Assembly (NCBI GenBank): GCA_964016885.1
Contig: OZ024742.1
Location: 316,510,001-316,574,000 of the forward strand
Direction of reading: 5' to 3'
DNA: 64,000 bases
DNA from: Eledone cirrhosa
Lineage: Eukaryota
This document shows positions 40,259 through 59,250 of this stretch, one piece after another (within the stretch, counting starts at the first letter, position 1; each line of letters begins with the position of its first letter). The translations under genes and the position numbers were made by a program. The notes under the pieces are model-generated. The model saw only the letters and a list, made by a program, of their open reading frames with translations, did not search any database and was not told the origin of the DNA.

Positions 40259-40706
40259 GTATAAAGAAAAAGAGATGAAATCGAAAATGCAACTGAAGTC
40301 TTATTTTTTTTTAAAATATATATATTTATTTGGTTCCTTTACCGGTTTCGCAGTTCTTCTGCTTTTCAAAAGGTGAGTTGAGATGGAGGGTCTGTGGTTT
40401 TTCTCACATCTGGTTGGTCTCTGAATGTTACTTGTTTTATATGGAAAAAGTGGCTCGAAATTCCAGGTTTTTCGAGAAGTAATTTGATTGGTTTGTCAAT
40501 AATTATAATAAATTTCGAGCCACTTTTTCCATATAAAACAAGTAACATTCAGAGACCAACCAGATGTGAGAAAAACCACAGACCCTCCATCTCAACTCAC
40601 CTTTTGAAAAGCAGAAGAACTGCGAAACCGGTAAAGGAACCAAATAAATATATATATTTTTAAAAAAAATAAGACTTCAGTTGCATTTTCGATTTCATTT
40701 CTTTTT

Positions 40707-40713
<7 letters not shown>
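40259..40713. repeat. Fold-back palindrome with ~200-bp arms and ~48-bp spacer
   Basis: The right arm 40511-40713 is the reverse complement of 40259-40462. Same family as 51490-52830. Confidence 0.92.
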
Positions 40714-40764
<51 letters not shown>

Positions 40765-40804
40765 GATATTAAACAAATGGAAACTATATTTATAAAACCA
40801 TATT

Positions 40805-40870
40805 TATTTCATTATACATATTTCAGGGATACCATATTAAAAATATGGTATGCCTTCCTCAGATAAAATA
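40805..40870 (-). ncRNA. Type I hammerhead ribozyme, family B
   Basis: Inverted copy of 41353-41418 with the core intact. Confidence 0.75.
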
Positions 40871-41352
40871 CAATATATAAGCAGTTTTATAAATAAATTT
40901 GACGTACCATAAATATTGATCAACTTCCATTTGAGAAGTTGGTTTGGTAGTGAAATGTTTATAAATATTTAGTGTTAAGCACAGTTAGAAAGACGGAGAG
41001 AATGAAGAAATGTATGTAAAGAAAAACAGAGAGAGATAGAGAGAGATATGGGAGAGAGAAATAGTGAGGAGGTGAAAAATGAGAGGCAGCTGAGGCAACA
41101 GATGAATAATAATAATTCATCATACAAATTGAGAGATTTAGGAGGGAGGGAGTACTGTAATTATTTATTTATTTATTTATTTAGTTATAGTGTTAAGGAG
41201 ACGGAGAGAAATAAAAAATAAATAAAGAGAAAACAGAGAGGTAGAGAAAGATAGAGGTGGGGGGAAATTTCACTACCAAACCAACTTCTCAAATGGAAGT
41301 TGATCAATATTTATGGTACGTCAAATTTATTTATAAAACTGCTTATATATTG

Positions 41353-41418
41353 TATTTTATCTGAGGAAGACATGCCATATTTTTAATATGGCATCCCTGA
41401 AATATGTATAATGAAATA
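41353..41418 (+). ncRNA. Type I hammerhead ribozyme, family B
   Basis: UAUUUUAU-CUGAGGA-[AUGCCAUAUU/AAUAUGGCAU]-GAAA-UAUGUA-UA|AUGAAAUA. Confidence 0.78.
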
Positions 41419-41652
41419 AATATGGTTTTATAAATATAGTTTCCATTTGTTTAATATCGTATATCTACTCCAAAACTTGTTGAGTGCTTTATATCAGTTA
41501 TAAAATATTTACTCGTTGTAACCCAACAATTTTAAATAAAACTTTTGCATATATATATATATATTTTTTTACTATTAATAATGAGTTCAAATCTCAGGTA
41601 GTCCTTTACAATGAAATAGCTCAAAGAAAGAAGTATTTCTGAGCCGTGTAAT

Positions 41653-42409
41653 ACAAGTTAATATAAATTAATATATTTGATAAACACAAATACCAACATA
41701 TCCATGTTTGTATTGTAAATGACTAAGTTAGCTAGATTGAAAAATACTAATTATAATAATACAGTTTGCCTGTCTCGATTTAAAATAATAAATCAATAAA
41801 AACAAAGTATATTGGCAAATGGCCGTGGTGCTTGGACAAATTTAAATTTCAAAATCAAACCTGTTCCGTAGACTGGTTTAAACCTTAAAATCCAAATAAG
41901 TTTCGAAAAATGAAAGTGAAAGAATACCGCATTTCTATCTCCTCAGCAAGCACCAGAAAAATTGGTATGTTTCACTTCAAAATATTTAAAAAGACTGTTT
42001 AACGCACGTGGTTTTCACACATGGTTATCCAGTGTCTAGCTGCCGCATACTCGTGCTGCTAGAAATAACAGCCGTTTATATGGGGTTAAATTTAGCTCTA
42101 CGTAAGGAGCAGTGATACTATTAATTTGTCCAGTGATACTATTAATTTGTGATACTATTAATTGTGATACTATTAATTTGTGATACTATTAATTGTGATA
42201 CTATTAATTGTGATACTATTAATTTGTCCAAGCACCACGGCCATTTGCCAATATACTTTGTTTTTATTGATTTATTATTTTAAATCGAGACAGGCAAACT
42301 GTATTATTATAATTAGTATTGTTCAATCTAGCTAACTTAGTCATTTACAATACAAACATGGATATGTTGGTATTTGTGTTTATCAAATATATTAATTTAT
42401 ATCAACTTG

Positions 42410-42410
<1 letters not shown>
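41653..42410. repeat. Inverted duplication with ~190-bp arms and an internal 15-16 bp minisatellite
   Basis: 41653-41842 is inverted at 42221-42410. About 7 copies of gtgatactattaatt(t) lie at 42111-42228, and a third arm copy is at ~46848-47060. Confidence 0.85.
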
Positions 42411-42456
<46 letters not shown>

Positions 42457-42460
42457 ATAC

Positions 42461-42493
<33 letters not shown>

Positions 42494-42519
42494 AACATAC
42501 ATATATATATACATATATA

Positions 42520-44378
42520 ATATATAAGAACAAAAGATGGTTAAAAGAGTTCCATGTATTTTATTATGCGCATTTCAAAAACAAATATCATCATGCAATA
42601 ATATTTGTGTTTTCATCAGATAAAACAGGAAGACATGATATGAAGGTTATAAAACACTTGTGGATAGTTCAGTTTTAAATCAACATATGAGAAGTAGTTT
42701 TAGATTAATGTGTGATATTGGGAAAAATATTTTATTTAGAGGGGGGGGGAGGATGAAAAAGAGGAGGAGATAAGAGTAAAAAGTGGAGAGAGAGGAGTAT
42801 AATGAGGAAGGATGAGATAGGAGGAGAGATGGGTGATAGAGAGAGAGAGAGAGAGAGATAGCTTTTATAAATGAGAAAGATATATTGTTTTACATAGAGA
42901 GGTTGAAAACCGTTGGAAGATAATGTATAAATTAAAAGAATTTGAAAATTAACGAAGAGAAAATAATGTAAAGTTAAGGTTTGTAAATTGAGGGGTTTGA
43001 TAATATGTGCGATGAAAAAGAAAATGTTAATATGTATTGAGAATAATGTTTAAGGGTTTAATAATATGTGCGATGTTAAGAAAATGTTGATATAAAAGGA
43101 ACAGCAGATTATTTAAGTAAGGAAATATTGTGAGAAGAGCATGAAAGGGAGAAAAGAATAATGAATTGAGGATGAATAATCTAACGTCAAAACAATGTAT
43201 ATGTTTACGAAGGATTTTTTTACAAGGTGACATAGAGTAAGAATGTATTGTATTATGTAATAATTGATTCTATGTTAGGCAAGAGTGAGAAAAGGTACAG
43301 ATTAGGGGTTAGACATTAAAAGAAGAAGAGAAGAAAGGGAAGTGATAAATAGGAGCGATATAGAATGAGTAACAAGTATTATAGAAAGTAAGGTAGAAAG
43401 ATGGGTATATTTTTAAAAGAAGTGTATATATATATGTGTGTGTGCCTTTGAGAAAAAGATTCTAAATTGATAAAGAATTGAATATTAGCTGTATACTTTG
43501 TGAAAGGATTTATGGAATTTATGCAAGCAGATAGAAAACAAGTCAGTGCGTCTATTTATTATAGAATCTAGATTAGAAATAATGGTAAATTTTTCATTTA
43601 GACAGAGATTGCAAATTTTGGATAGAGAACTGTTCAAGTATGGAGACGCAGAAGAAACCTTCTTCCAAAAGATGCTATATTTAATGTTTTTGTCTTTCAA
43701 GGACCATATGAGTTCTGAGAGAGCCGTGTTGGTTCTTTTAAGTTTGTATTTAAAAGACGAATGATGGTTATAAAGACGAGCTTTAAAAGAGGTGGAAGTG
43801 GAGCCAAAATAGGTGAAGGAATTGGTGTCAGTTATAACTTTACATTCGTAAATTAAGTTTTTATCAAGACAATGGTTGTTGAGAGGACATTTATTTTTAA
43901 TAGGGCAATTGCAATTGCGATTAGAGAGATTATTAATGAGTGACCTAGTGTTATCTATAGAAGGAATTGGATTGGAGAAGTTATTTGCGATAGGAATAAT
44001 AGTTTCTTGATTTAGAATGGGATTAAGAACATTTAGCGAAGTTGTGTTTGATGTTGTATTTGGGTTTGTAGAAATTAGCCTAGGGTTTACAATGATGTTG
44101 GGAGTACTATTACTATTATTAAGATATTCAGTGTTGGAAGGAAGAGATTTAGTATTTAGTATTTTATTGTTGTGTTTAGAGATAATGTTAGAAATGTTGG
44201 AGGATGTAGAATAGGAAAATTTTATAGTGTGTTTGTTAAATATTTTACTATAGATATGTGAGGGAGGGAAGCATTTATTTAAGGCACTAAAGAATAATTT
44301 AGGAATATTGTTATTAATAGAGATGGAGAAAGGAACATTATACCAGATTATGTTTTTGTATCTATGTCTTTTAACCAT
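42520..44378 (-). mobile_element. 5'-truncated Penelope-like element, family A
   Basis: ORF 43485-44378 contains [25 protein letters not shown] and GIY-YIG motifs. The 3' UTR is similar to 23050-24100. Confidence 0.92.
42559..42625 (-). ncRNA. Type I hammerhead ribozyme, family A
   Basis: Homologue of 24000-24066 with CUGAUGA, GAAA and AUA intact. Confidence 0.8.
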
Positions 44379-44481
44379 CTTTTGTTCTCATATATTATGT
44401 ATACTCCAGTCCTACAAACTGTAGAGTGCTTCTTATCCGATATCTGGATTGCTTTATTGTACTACAATAAAACTCACCTCC

Positions 44482-44558
<77 letters not shown>

Positions 44559-44567
44559 ATATGTATG

Positions 44568-44604
<37 letters not shown>

Positions 44605-44609
44605 ATATG

Positions 44610-44695
<86 letters not shown>

Positions 44696-44696
44696 G

Positions 44697-44763
<67 letters not shown>

Positions 44764-44878
44764 AGGTGAGTTTTATTGTAGTACAATAAAGCAATGCAGA
44801 TATCGGATAAGTAGCACTCAACAGTTTGTAGGACTGGAGTATAAATAATATATAAGATGAAAAGATGGTTAAAAGAGT
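44368..44878. repeat. ~115-bp inverted repeats bracketing a ~280-bp (TA)n tract
   Basis: 44368-44482 is inverted at 44761-44878. Confidence 0.88.
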
Positions 44879-46835
44879 TCCATATATTTTATTATGCGCA
44901 TTTCAAAAACAAATATCATCATGCAATCACATTTGCGTTTTCGTCAGATAAAATAGGGAGACATGATATGAAGGTTAAAACACACTTGTGAATAGTGCAG
45001 TTTTAAATAAACATATGAAAAGTAGTTTTAGATTGATGTGTGATATTGGGAAAGAAATTGAGGGGGGGGGGTGGAGGTTGGAGAGGATGAAAAAGTGGAG
45101 GAGATGAGAGTAAAAAGTGGAGGGGGAGGAGTATAATGAGGAAGGATGAGATAAGAGGAGAGATGGTTGATAGAGAGAGAGAGAGATAGCTTTTATAACT
45201 GAGAAAAATATATTGTTTTAAATAGAGAGGTTGAAAAACCGTTGGAAGATAATATATAAATTAAAAGAATTTGAAAATTAACGAAGAGAAAAATTTAGAA
45301 TAATGTTAAATTAAGGTTTGTATATTTAAGGGTTTAATAATATGTGCGATGGAAAGAAATTGTTGATACGTGTTATTAAAAAATATAAAAATATAGCAAT
45401 AGTAATGTAATTAAGGATATATTGTGAAAGAAGTAGAAGAGTGGAAGAATAAGTGTAATATGTATAAGTTAGATGAGCATGAAAGGGAGAAAAAAATAAT
45501 GAATTGAGGATGAATAATCTAACGTCAAAAAATGTTTATGTTTACGTTATAGATGTTATAGTTAATATTATCTCTTGGAAGAAGGTTTGTTCTGCTTCTC
45601 CAAACTTGAATAGTTCTCTATCCAACACATGCGATCTCTGTTTATGTGAAAAATTTACCATTATATCTAATTTAGATTCTATAATAAATAGACGCACTGA
45701 CTGTTTTCTCTCTGCTTGCATAAATTCCACAGAACATTCCATAAAGTATACAGCTAATATCTAATACTTTATCAATTTAAAATCCTTTTCTCAAAGGCAC
45801 ATATATATATATATACATATATATTTCTTTAAAAATATACCCATCTTTCTACCTTATTTCAATGTTATTTATTATACATTATATAATACTAGTTACTCAT
45901 TTTATATCACTCCTATTTATCACTTCCCTTTCTTTCTTTTTTCCTTTTTTCTTTTCTTTTTTTCTTTTTCTTTTAATTTCTAACCCCTAATCTGTACCTT
46001 TTCTTCCTAGATACTTCTCAATTATCATTGTGCCTAACGTAGAACAATTATTACTCAGCACAATATATACTTACTTTATATCACCTTGAAAAAATCCTTC
46101 GTAAACATTAACATTTTTTTGACGTTAGATTATTCATCCTCAATTCATTATTTTTTTCTCACTTTCATGCTCATCTAACTTATACATATTACACTTATTC
46201 ATCCACTCTTCTACTTCTTTCACAATATATCCTTAATTACATTACTATTGCTATATTTTTACATTTTTTAATAATACATATCAACAATTTCTTTCCATCG
46301 CACATATTATTAAACCCTTAAATATTATTATTAATACATATTAACAATTTCTTTCCATCGCACATATTATTAAATACTTAAATATACAAACCTTAATTTA
46401 ACATTATTCTAAATTTTTCTCTTTGTTAATTTTCAAATTCTTTTAATTTATATATTATCTTCCAACAGTTTTTCAACATCTCTATTTAAAACAATACATT
46501 TTTCTCAGTTATAAAAGTTAACTCTCTCTCCTCCTATCTCATCCTTCCTCATTATAGTCCTCCCCCTCCACTTTTTACTCTCATCTCCTCCTCTTTTTCA
46601 TCCTTTCCAGCCCCCCCCCCTCAATTTTTTTCCCAATATCACACATCAATCTAAAACTACTTTTCATATGTTGATTTAAAACTGCACTATTCACAAGTGT
46701 GTGTTAACCTTCATATCATGTCTCCCTATTTTATCTGACGAAAACGCAAATGTTATTGCAAGATGATATTTGTTTTTGAAATGCGCATAATAAAATGCAT
46801 GGAACTCTTTTAAACATCTTTTGATCTTATATATT
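44850..46835 (+). mobile_element. Heavily truncated Penelope family A copy with inverted pLTR
   Basis: 44850-45548 is the reverse complement of ~46097-46835. A GIY-YIG tail (ISWKKV..CDLCLCEK) lies at 45565-45760. Hammerheads (CUGACGA) are at 44887-44953 (-) and 46729-46795 (+). Confidence 0.9.
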
Positions 46836-47086
46836 ATATATATATATATTTTAAATCGAGACAGGCAAACTGTATTATTATAATTAGTATTTTTCAATCT
46901 AGCTAACTTAGTCATTTACAATACAAACACCTATATGTTGGTATTAGTGTTTATCAAATATATTAATTTATATTAACTTGTATTACACGGGTCGGAAATA
47001 CTTCTTTGTTTGAGCTATTTCATTGTAAAGGACTGTTTGAGTTTAGAACTCGTTATTCATATTATATATATATATGTATATATATA

Positions 47087-47122
<36 letters not shown>

Positions 47123-47127
<5 letters not shown>

Positions 47128-47480
47128 ATAACAGGAATTCCAACTTTGTCTGATTTACTCGTTTTATTTACAATCCTTTAAAATTTATAATGGTATTATC
47201 ATGAAATAGTATGATAGAATATTAAATTCTAAGTGTTAATTGAACAAGTACTTCCATGCTTTCGCAATCTTCAGGTTCATAATATATGGTGACAGTCAAG
47301 TTTGCAACTGTCACCACATATTATGAACCTGAAGATTGCGAAAGCATGAAAGTACTTGTTCAATTAACACTTAGAATTTAATATTCTATCATACTATTTC
47401 ATGATAATACCATTATAAATTTTAAAGGATTGTAAATAAGACGAGTAAATCAGACGAAGTTGGAATTCCTCTTATTAATA
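47123..47480. repeat. ~175-bp-arm palindrome with a hammerhead in each arm
   Basis: Centre ggtgacagt-caagtttgca-actgtcacc; the arms have only a few mismatches. Confidence 0.92.
47324..47362 (+). ncRNA. Minimal hammerhead ribozyme, 39 nt
   Basis: UGAAC-CUGAAGA-U.UGC(GAAA)GCA.U-GAAA-GUAC-UU|GUUCA, with palindromic stem III AGUACU. The mirror copy at 47241-47279 has GAAA changed to GGAA. Confidence 0.78.
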
Positions 47481-47485
47481 TAATC

Positions 47486-47553
<68 letters not shown>

Positions 47554-47554
47554 G

Positions 47555-50615
<3,061 letters not shown>

Positions 50616-50625
50616 TATAATAACT

Positions 50626-51489
<864 letters not shown>

Positions 51490-51493
<4 letters not shown>

Positions 51494-52824
51494 GTGAGTT
51501 TTTTTTTACAAAATGAAAAATAACCGAGGTGTCCTACACGAGTGAAAGTATAAAGAAAAAGAGATGAAATCGAAAATTCAATTAGAGTCTTATTTTTTTA
51601 AAAAATATATATATTTATTTGGTTCCTTTACCGGTTTCGCAGTTCTTCTGTTTTTCAAAAGGTGAGTTGAGATGGAGGATCTGTGGTTTTTCTCACATCT
51701 GGTTGGTCTCTGAATGTTACTTGTTTTATATGGAAAAAGTGGCTCGAAATGCCAGGTTCTTCGAAAATTAATTTGATTGGTTTGTCAATAATTATAATAA
51801 ATTTCGCGCCAGTTCGCGTTACAATAGTTCTTCAAATAAGAGGGGGGGGGTTGCAACAGGTTGTTTTTTTCATATATGAGTGTTTGAATTTCTTTTTACT
51901 TGAAAAAAGGGGCTCACGAAGGCTTTTTTGGGGTTGGTTATAAATGAAATTATGGCTGTCACGTGAACAAGTTTTCATTAAATTTTCGTGCCCTTATTAT
52001 GAAATCCATTCTGTAGCCTTTTTAGTGAATTTTATGATAAGTGAAAGATAATGGTCAAGAGAAAGGGATGGGAGAATTGTTCTGGTTCAGTGAATATGGT
52101 TAGTTCGCTGGGGTGTCATAATTCAGATTTTCTATTGAATAAAGACCGTTTATTAAATCACGTTTATTAAAAAAAAGCCTTCGTGAGCCACCTTTTGTTT
52201 AAGTAAAGAAATTCAAACACACACACACACACACACACGCACACATACACAAGCACACAAATAAACATGCATATCTTTACTTTCTTTATTCACTGAACCA
52301 GAACAATTCTCCCATCCCTTTCTCTTGACCATTATCTTTCACTTATCATAACATTCTCTAAAAAGGCTACAGAATGGATTTCCAAATAAGGACACGAAAA
52401 TTTAATGAAAACTTGTTCACGTGACAGCCATAATTTCATTTACAACCAACCAAAAAAAGCCTTCGTGAGCCCCTTTTTTCAAGTAAAAAGAAATTCAAAC
52501 ACTCATATATGAAAAAAACAACCTGTGACAACCCCCCCTCTTATTTGAAGAACTATTGTAACACGAACTGGCGCGAAATTTATTATAATTATTGACAAAC
52601 CGATCAAATTACTTCTCGAAAAACCTGGCATTTCGAGCAACTTTTTCCATATAAAACAAGTAACATTCAGAGACCAACCAGATGTGAGAAAAACCACAGA
52701 ACCTCCATCTCAACTCACCTTTTGAAAAGCAGAAGAACTGCGAAACCGGTAAAGGAACCAAATAAATATATATATTTAAAAAAAAAATAAGACTCCAATT
52801 GAATTTTCGATTTCATCTCTTTTT

Positions 52825-52830
<6 letters not shown>
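51490..52830. repeat. Inverted duplication with ~540-bp arms from an unclassified dispersed repeat
   Basis: ~51549-52095 is inverted at ~52290-52830. The 5' part matches 40197-40520. Confidence 0.88.
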
Positions 52831-52869
<39 letters not shown>

Positions 52870-53003
52870 GGGATACTATTTATGGTTATGTATATATTAA
52901 AACTTTTTATAGTTATGTATATTTTAAACCCTAAACTGTGAAGGTCAGTAAATTATTACTACCTTATTACCAGTAAGATAAATAGCTCAATATAATAACA
53001 TCA

Positions 53004-54560
53004 GTTGTTCTACAGAGCACAAGACTTTCAAAAACTATAACTTAAGTATCTCCATAGACAAAAACACTAAAAACGTTAACTTCCTGGATGCCACCCTTTA
53101 CCTAGACTCTAAAATATATACACCATTCCATAAACCTAACGAAAAACTGATTTACGTAGATACCAAGTCTAACCACCCTAGATCAATATTAAGCTCTATC
53201 TCTAAAGGAATATCCAATAGAATCTCTAATCTATCTTATGACGAAACCATATTTAGCAAAATCTCACAATACTATATTCAGGCATTGGCTAGATCAGGCC
53301 ATAATAATTGTTTCTACGTTTTGGCACAAGGTCAGTGCAGTACTGGTACTTTATTTTATCGACCCCGTAAGGATGAAAGGCAAAGTTAACCTCGGCGAGA
53401 TCGAGTTCCTACCTATAAAAACACATAGTTACAACATTATTTCGCACATGTCCATGAGGAAAAATAGTAATAAGAATAATAACCACACACACACTAGTAC
53501 GATGGGTGGCAACAAACGTAACCCACACCATGGAGGACACCAAAATACCATAAACGGAAGCATCTCACCACACATAAAAAACAAAAATAGAAGAAGAAAT
53601 AATAAATTTTTCAACCCCCCTTTCAATCTAAACGTCTCTACCAACCTACCTAAGGCTTTCTTCTCACTCCTAGTTAAAACTTCCCATCTGGCCACAAGTA
53701 CCATAGTCTTATAAATAAAAACACCATTAAAATCTCCTACTCTACCACGCCTAACATAGCTAGTAGCAATAAAAGAAAAAATAATACTTACTTCCAACAA
53801 ACTAAAACACAGCAGGGGGTAAACCTTCAAAGCAACGTAATACCTGCAAACCCTAATATCAATAGTAATAATAGTAATAGCACTAGTGAAAGCAATAACG
53901 CTAAGCGACTACCCCCATAACCATAATGCAATATCTCGCAACCAGACTTCTACACAACCTAATATCCGGCAGGTTAACATCCAAAATAATTGTAACTGTA
54001 GATCTAATAGAACCTGCCCTTTAGATAAAAACTGCTTAATCAAGGACATCATATACTCATGCACGGTCAGAACTAGCAACTCTTCTGAAACCTATATAGG
54101 CTCTACTTCGAACTGCTTCAAAACAAGATACAATTCACACCTCCATTCTTTAAAAAAACACAGTCTAGCCAACTCCACTTCACTATCTAGCTACATACAC
54201 TACCTAAAAACTAGAAATAGATCTTATACACTTCAATGGGAAGTGATAGGTAAGGCGGCATCGTTCAAACCACCTAATAAATTCTGTAACCTCTGTCTAC
54301 TAGAGACCCATACTATAATCTTCTCAAACCATAACCTCCTTAATAAAAAATCGGAAGTGTTTGCGTCGTACCAGCACCGCTTCCGGCACTCCTTCCAAAA
54401 CTTTAAACCCAATATATAACAATGTCGGACTTGATGCCATCACCACTTCTAACACCACACCTCAAGGTACACCTTACACAACTCCACGCGCTCTAATCCA
54501 CCCTATCTCGACACAAATCATTCAATCTATCTATAACTTTATACCCTAAAAAATCCCCAT
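53004..54560 (+). mobile_element. 5'-truncated Penelope-like element (Naiad-like) with a SINE insertion
   Basis: VNFLDATL, PFHKPNEKLIYVDTKSNHP and FFNPPFNLNV motifs, and GIY-YIG ORF 53886-54419. A SINE body (-) sits at ~53305-53400. Confidence 0.88.
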
Positions 54561-55985
54561 AAACACCTACTTTTAATATAACTACTTTCAATTACTTATA
54601 ATTATATAATGATACAATACAGTCTATATAAACTTTAAATACTAGATACTGCAATGAATTATTTATGCAATTGTAATTAAATGTATGGCGTGATAACATT
54701 GGATATATATAAGATTAATTTATTAACATAAGAGATCTGTCTAACTTATATGTAGGGTGGTGCAATGAATTATGTATGAATTATATATGAATTATATATG
54801 CAAGTATAACTTGATGGATAGATTAATGACATTGTAAATGAGGGATGTATTTGTCTTCCCTAGAGATGTATTTTATTTTACCACGCAAACAGCCATACGC
54901 TGCTCCATAACTTGCCAGGGGTTATGTAAACAAAATTCTAATAGGTCCCCTGATATGTTCTAAGAGTAGACTGCATATACAGTGAACTTTGATATAAAGG
55001 TATGGCATTTTGTATGGAATATTCAATTGTAGCACTATATAATAGGGAGTAATCAACTTAATATAGATACCTTTAGTACATCATGATAGAGTAGACTGTA
55101 TTTAAAATTGGAAACTAGATATAAATGTATAACCGTCTGTATAAGGGACCCAATTGAGGCGCCTTATAATGTATGTTAGAACAATGAATTTAGTTATGAG
55201 ATTCGGCTAGTTACCTCCCCTTACGGATTAACTCCCCTTAATTACACACATACTTCCGGGTAATAAACCGCTGTAAATTCATGCAGCAGAATCACCCTAT
55301 TCTATAAACTTGGATTAAATAACACTGAGCCTTAATACGCTAAAATAATTTATTTTAATGCATCAAACATTCAATACGGAATAATCGTTACTTATGTGAT
55401 GGATGTAGAAACAATATCTTACTTTTTCTGAATGTGAAAATGATGGTGGATACGAATACCATAACTTTCTTTTGCTTCTTCTTTTTCTTTTTATTTTTCT
55501 GCACACATACTTTTTTGTTCTATACAAAAAATACCTTACCACTACAACCACCATAATAATCTTCCTTACCCGCATAAAGTGCTTGCATTACGTGTAACAC
55601 ACTGCCACACATTAATAGTATAACAATGAGACACACTCGCATGCTCCACGTGTAACTAACGCATACACTACCTACTAGACCTGACTATCAAACTATCCTC
55701 TTGCATTATCTGTGTTATCTGCCGAATGTATTTTAATTTTAATTTTTATTTTAAATTTGATTTTGATTTTGAATTTGAATTGCTGTACACAAATAGTATA
55801 GTATAATATATGCCACTCCACTGTACATCAATATATATATAAGTATCTGTATGTCTCTAGCGTTGGAAAGGAGATCAATTATGTGTACAAACATTGAACA
55901 ATGCTCCGAATATTCCAAGCCTAGGTTTGGATGAAACAATTGTAAGTGAATAAATGCTTTGAACATAGCTTTGATTCTTGTAAAT

Positions 55986-57083
<1,098 letters not shown>

Positions 57084-57084
<1 letters not shown>

Positions 57085-57200
57085 GGCGTGTGGTTGAGTG
57101 GTTAGAGAATTGGATTCGCAATCGTAAGGTTGTGAGTTCGATTCCTGGACCAGGCGATGCGTTATGTTCTTGAGCAAGACACTTTATTTCACGTTGCTTC
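57084..57200 (+). mobile_element. tRNA-derived SINE of a second family
   Basis: A-box tggttgagtggt and B-box gagttcgattcc, followed by the CORE/V-like motif tgttcttgagcaagacacttt. Confidence 0.75.
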
Positions 57201-59250
57201 TTCTACCTGGAGTTGCGACCGATAGATAGTATTAGCAATTGGAAAGACCAACGGAAACATTGTTCCCTCGGTCCGATTTGACGAAAGTCGATCGTTCCTT
57301 TAAATATATATATATATGTATATATATATGTATATATGTAGAAGTTCTATTTAAATTGTTGGGATACATCAAGCAAATATTTGTATAACTGATATAAAGC
57401 ATTCAACAAATAATTGTAGTAAAAATACGATATTAACAAATGGAAACTATATTTATAAAACCATATTTATTTCAAGGACACCAAGTTAAATTATCGTGTG
57501 CTTCATCAGATAAAATATAATATAGAGCAGTTTTATAAATAAATATTGACATACCCTTAAAGAATGCAACCATTACTGTTGGAGCTCCCGGTAGTGGTGT
57601 TATAAATTTATTTATACTATTATGTAAATTAGTATTGGATATTTTTAAATCAGAATAGATTTAAATAAGCCGTTGGGTTACGGAGAAAGAGAGAGATAGA
57701 AAGAGAGAGAAAAAACAAGAGAGAGAAAAAAGAGAGAGATATCAAAAGAGAAAAAAGAGCAAACCTTTAAGAAGAAAATAAGTAAAGAGAGAGAGAGAGA
57801 AGAAAAAGAGAAGAGAAAGCGAAAGCTCTAAGTGATAGGTTGTTGAGTTATCTTAACATTTGAGATGAAGTGAAAGAATATAATAAATATATAATGGATG
57901 AATAGAGAAATGTAAATAAGCGTGATGGAAAATACATATATAATAGGAGAGTTTTAACCATTGTTTAAATATGATTAAATGTTTAGTTTATCATTTAAAT
58001 TATTGAGATCTATACATTAAAAATTGAGATCTATATATTATTAAGAAATCTATATATTATTAAGACTATATATTATTAAAAAAGCTATATATTATTAAAA
58101 GAATATATTCATATATATACACACGCACACACAGATATATATACATATAAATATATATACATACAAATAATATACACATACATCTACGTACATATACATA
58201 TACATACAAAATATAAAGGATTTTTTAATTTAAGATATAGGAATGTTCATAAACTTATAGACTTTTCTGAGAAAATCATAGAAAAAACAGAGGAAATCAT
58301 TTCTATGTAATATCAAAACAGCGTGAAGGAAATTATGTTATTTAGTTATATAAATGTTACAAATGTTAAGATATTAAAGGAAATTTTATGTTATACATAC
58401 TTTATGTTATTATACAAAACTGTTTATATATAAGTTTTATATCTAATAAATCCACATGTTATGTAGTTATGACTGTTATTATATAGGTTTGTTTATCACG
58501 AACCTTAAGAAAATCCTTATAAACGAGTGCAATCGAATTGTATGCATATATATATATATACACAATACCACGTATATACACATAGACGTACCTACACATA
58601 TAGGTAGATATGCATCACACATATATATATACATACATACACACACATAAATATATATACATACATATACATATATATATATACACACATACATATATAT
58701 AGAGAGAGATACATAAATACAGTACATAGTATAATTGAAGTACACAATATATGTAATATAAAATAAAATAAAATAAAATAAAATAAAATAAAATAAAATA
58801 AAATAAAATAAAATAAAATAAAATAAAATGAAATAAAATAAAATAAAATAAAAAATAAAATAAGATAGAATTATATTACGATTTGGAAATATAATTATAA
58901 GCAATATAACTTTAAATCAATATAATTTAAAAAATATTATAGAATATTTCAAGTTATAATTTTAAAATAATAATATGTTTAATAGATTCAGTATAAAAAT
59001 TTTCTTCTTATGTTTAACTTAATTTTATAGCCATAATAGAAAGAAAGAGAAACTTTCAAAAATAAGAGAAACTATCAAAAATATTTTCCCTTTTTAAGAG
59101 CTTTCAGTATGTTTCTCTAGAAGAGTTTTTTTATATTTATTTATATTTAGGAAGAAAAACTTTTTTCCTTGAGAGTTTAAGCAGTCAAAAGAAGGAATCT
59201 AATGATTTATCGATAGGTTCAATATATTAATAGAATTAATTAATTATATA

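Larger units (their letters stand above)
40762..41462. mobile_element. Inverted pair of Penelope pLTR termini (family B), no coding region
   Basis: 40762-40955 is inverted at 41266-41462 and is homologous to 57425-57690, 61234-61513 and 11895-12020. Confidence 0.8.

Noticed and set aside
57084-57160. tRNA gene (also the SINE heads at 37483 and 5.6-5.8 kb)
   Set aside because: A and B boxes are present, but I could not form a complete cloverleaf and each continues into a SINE body.
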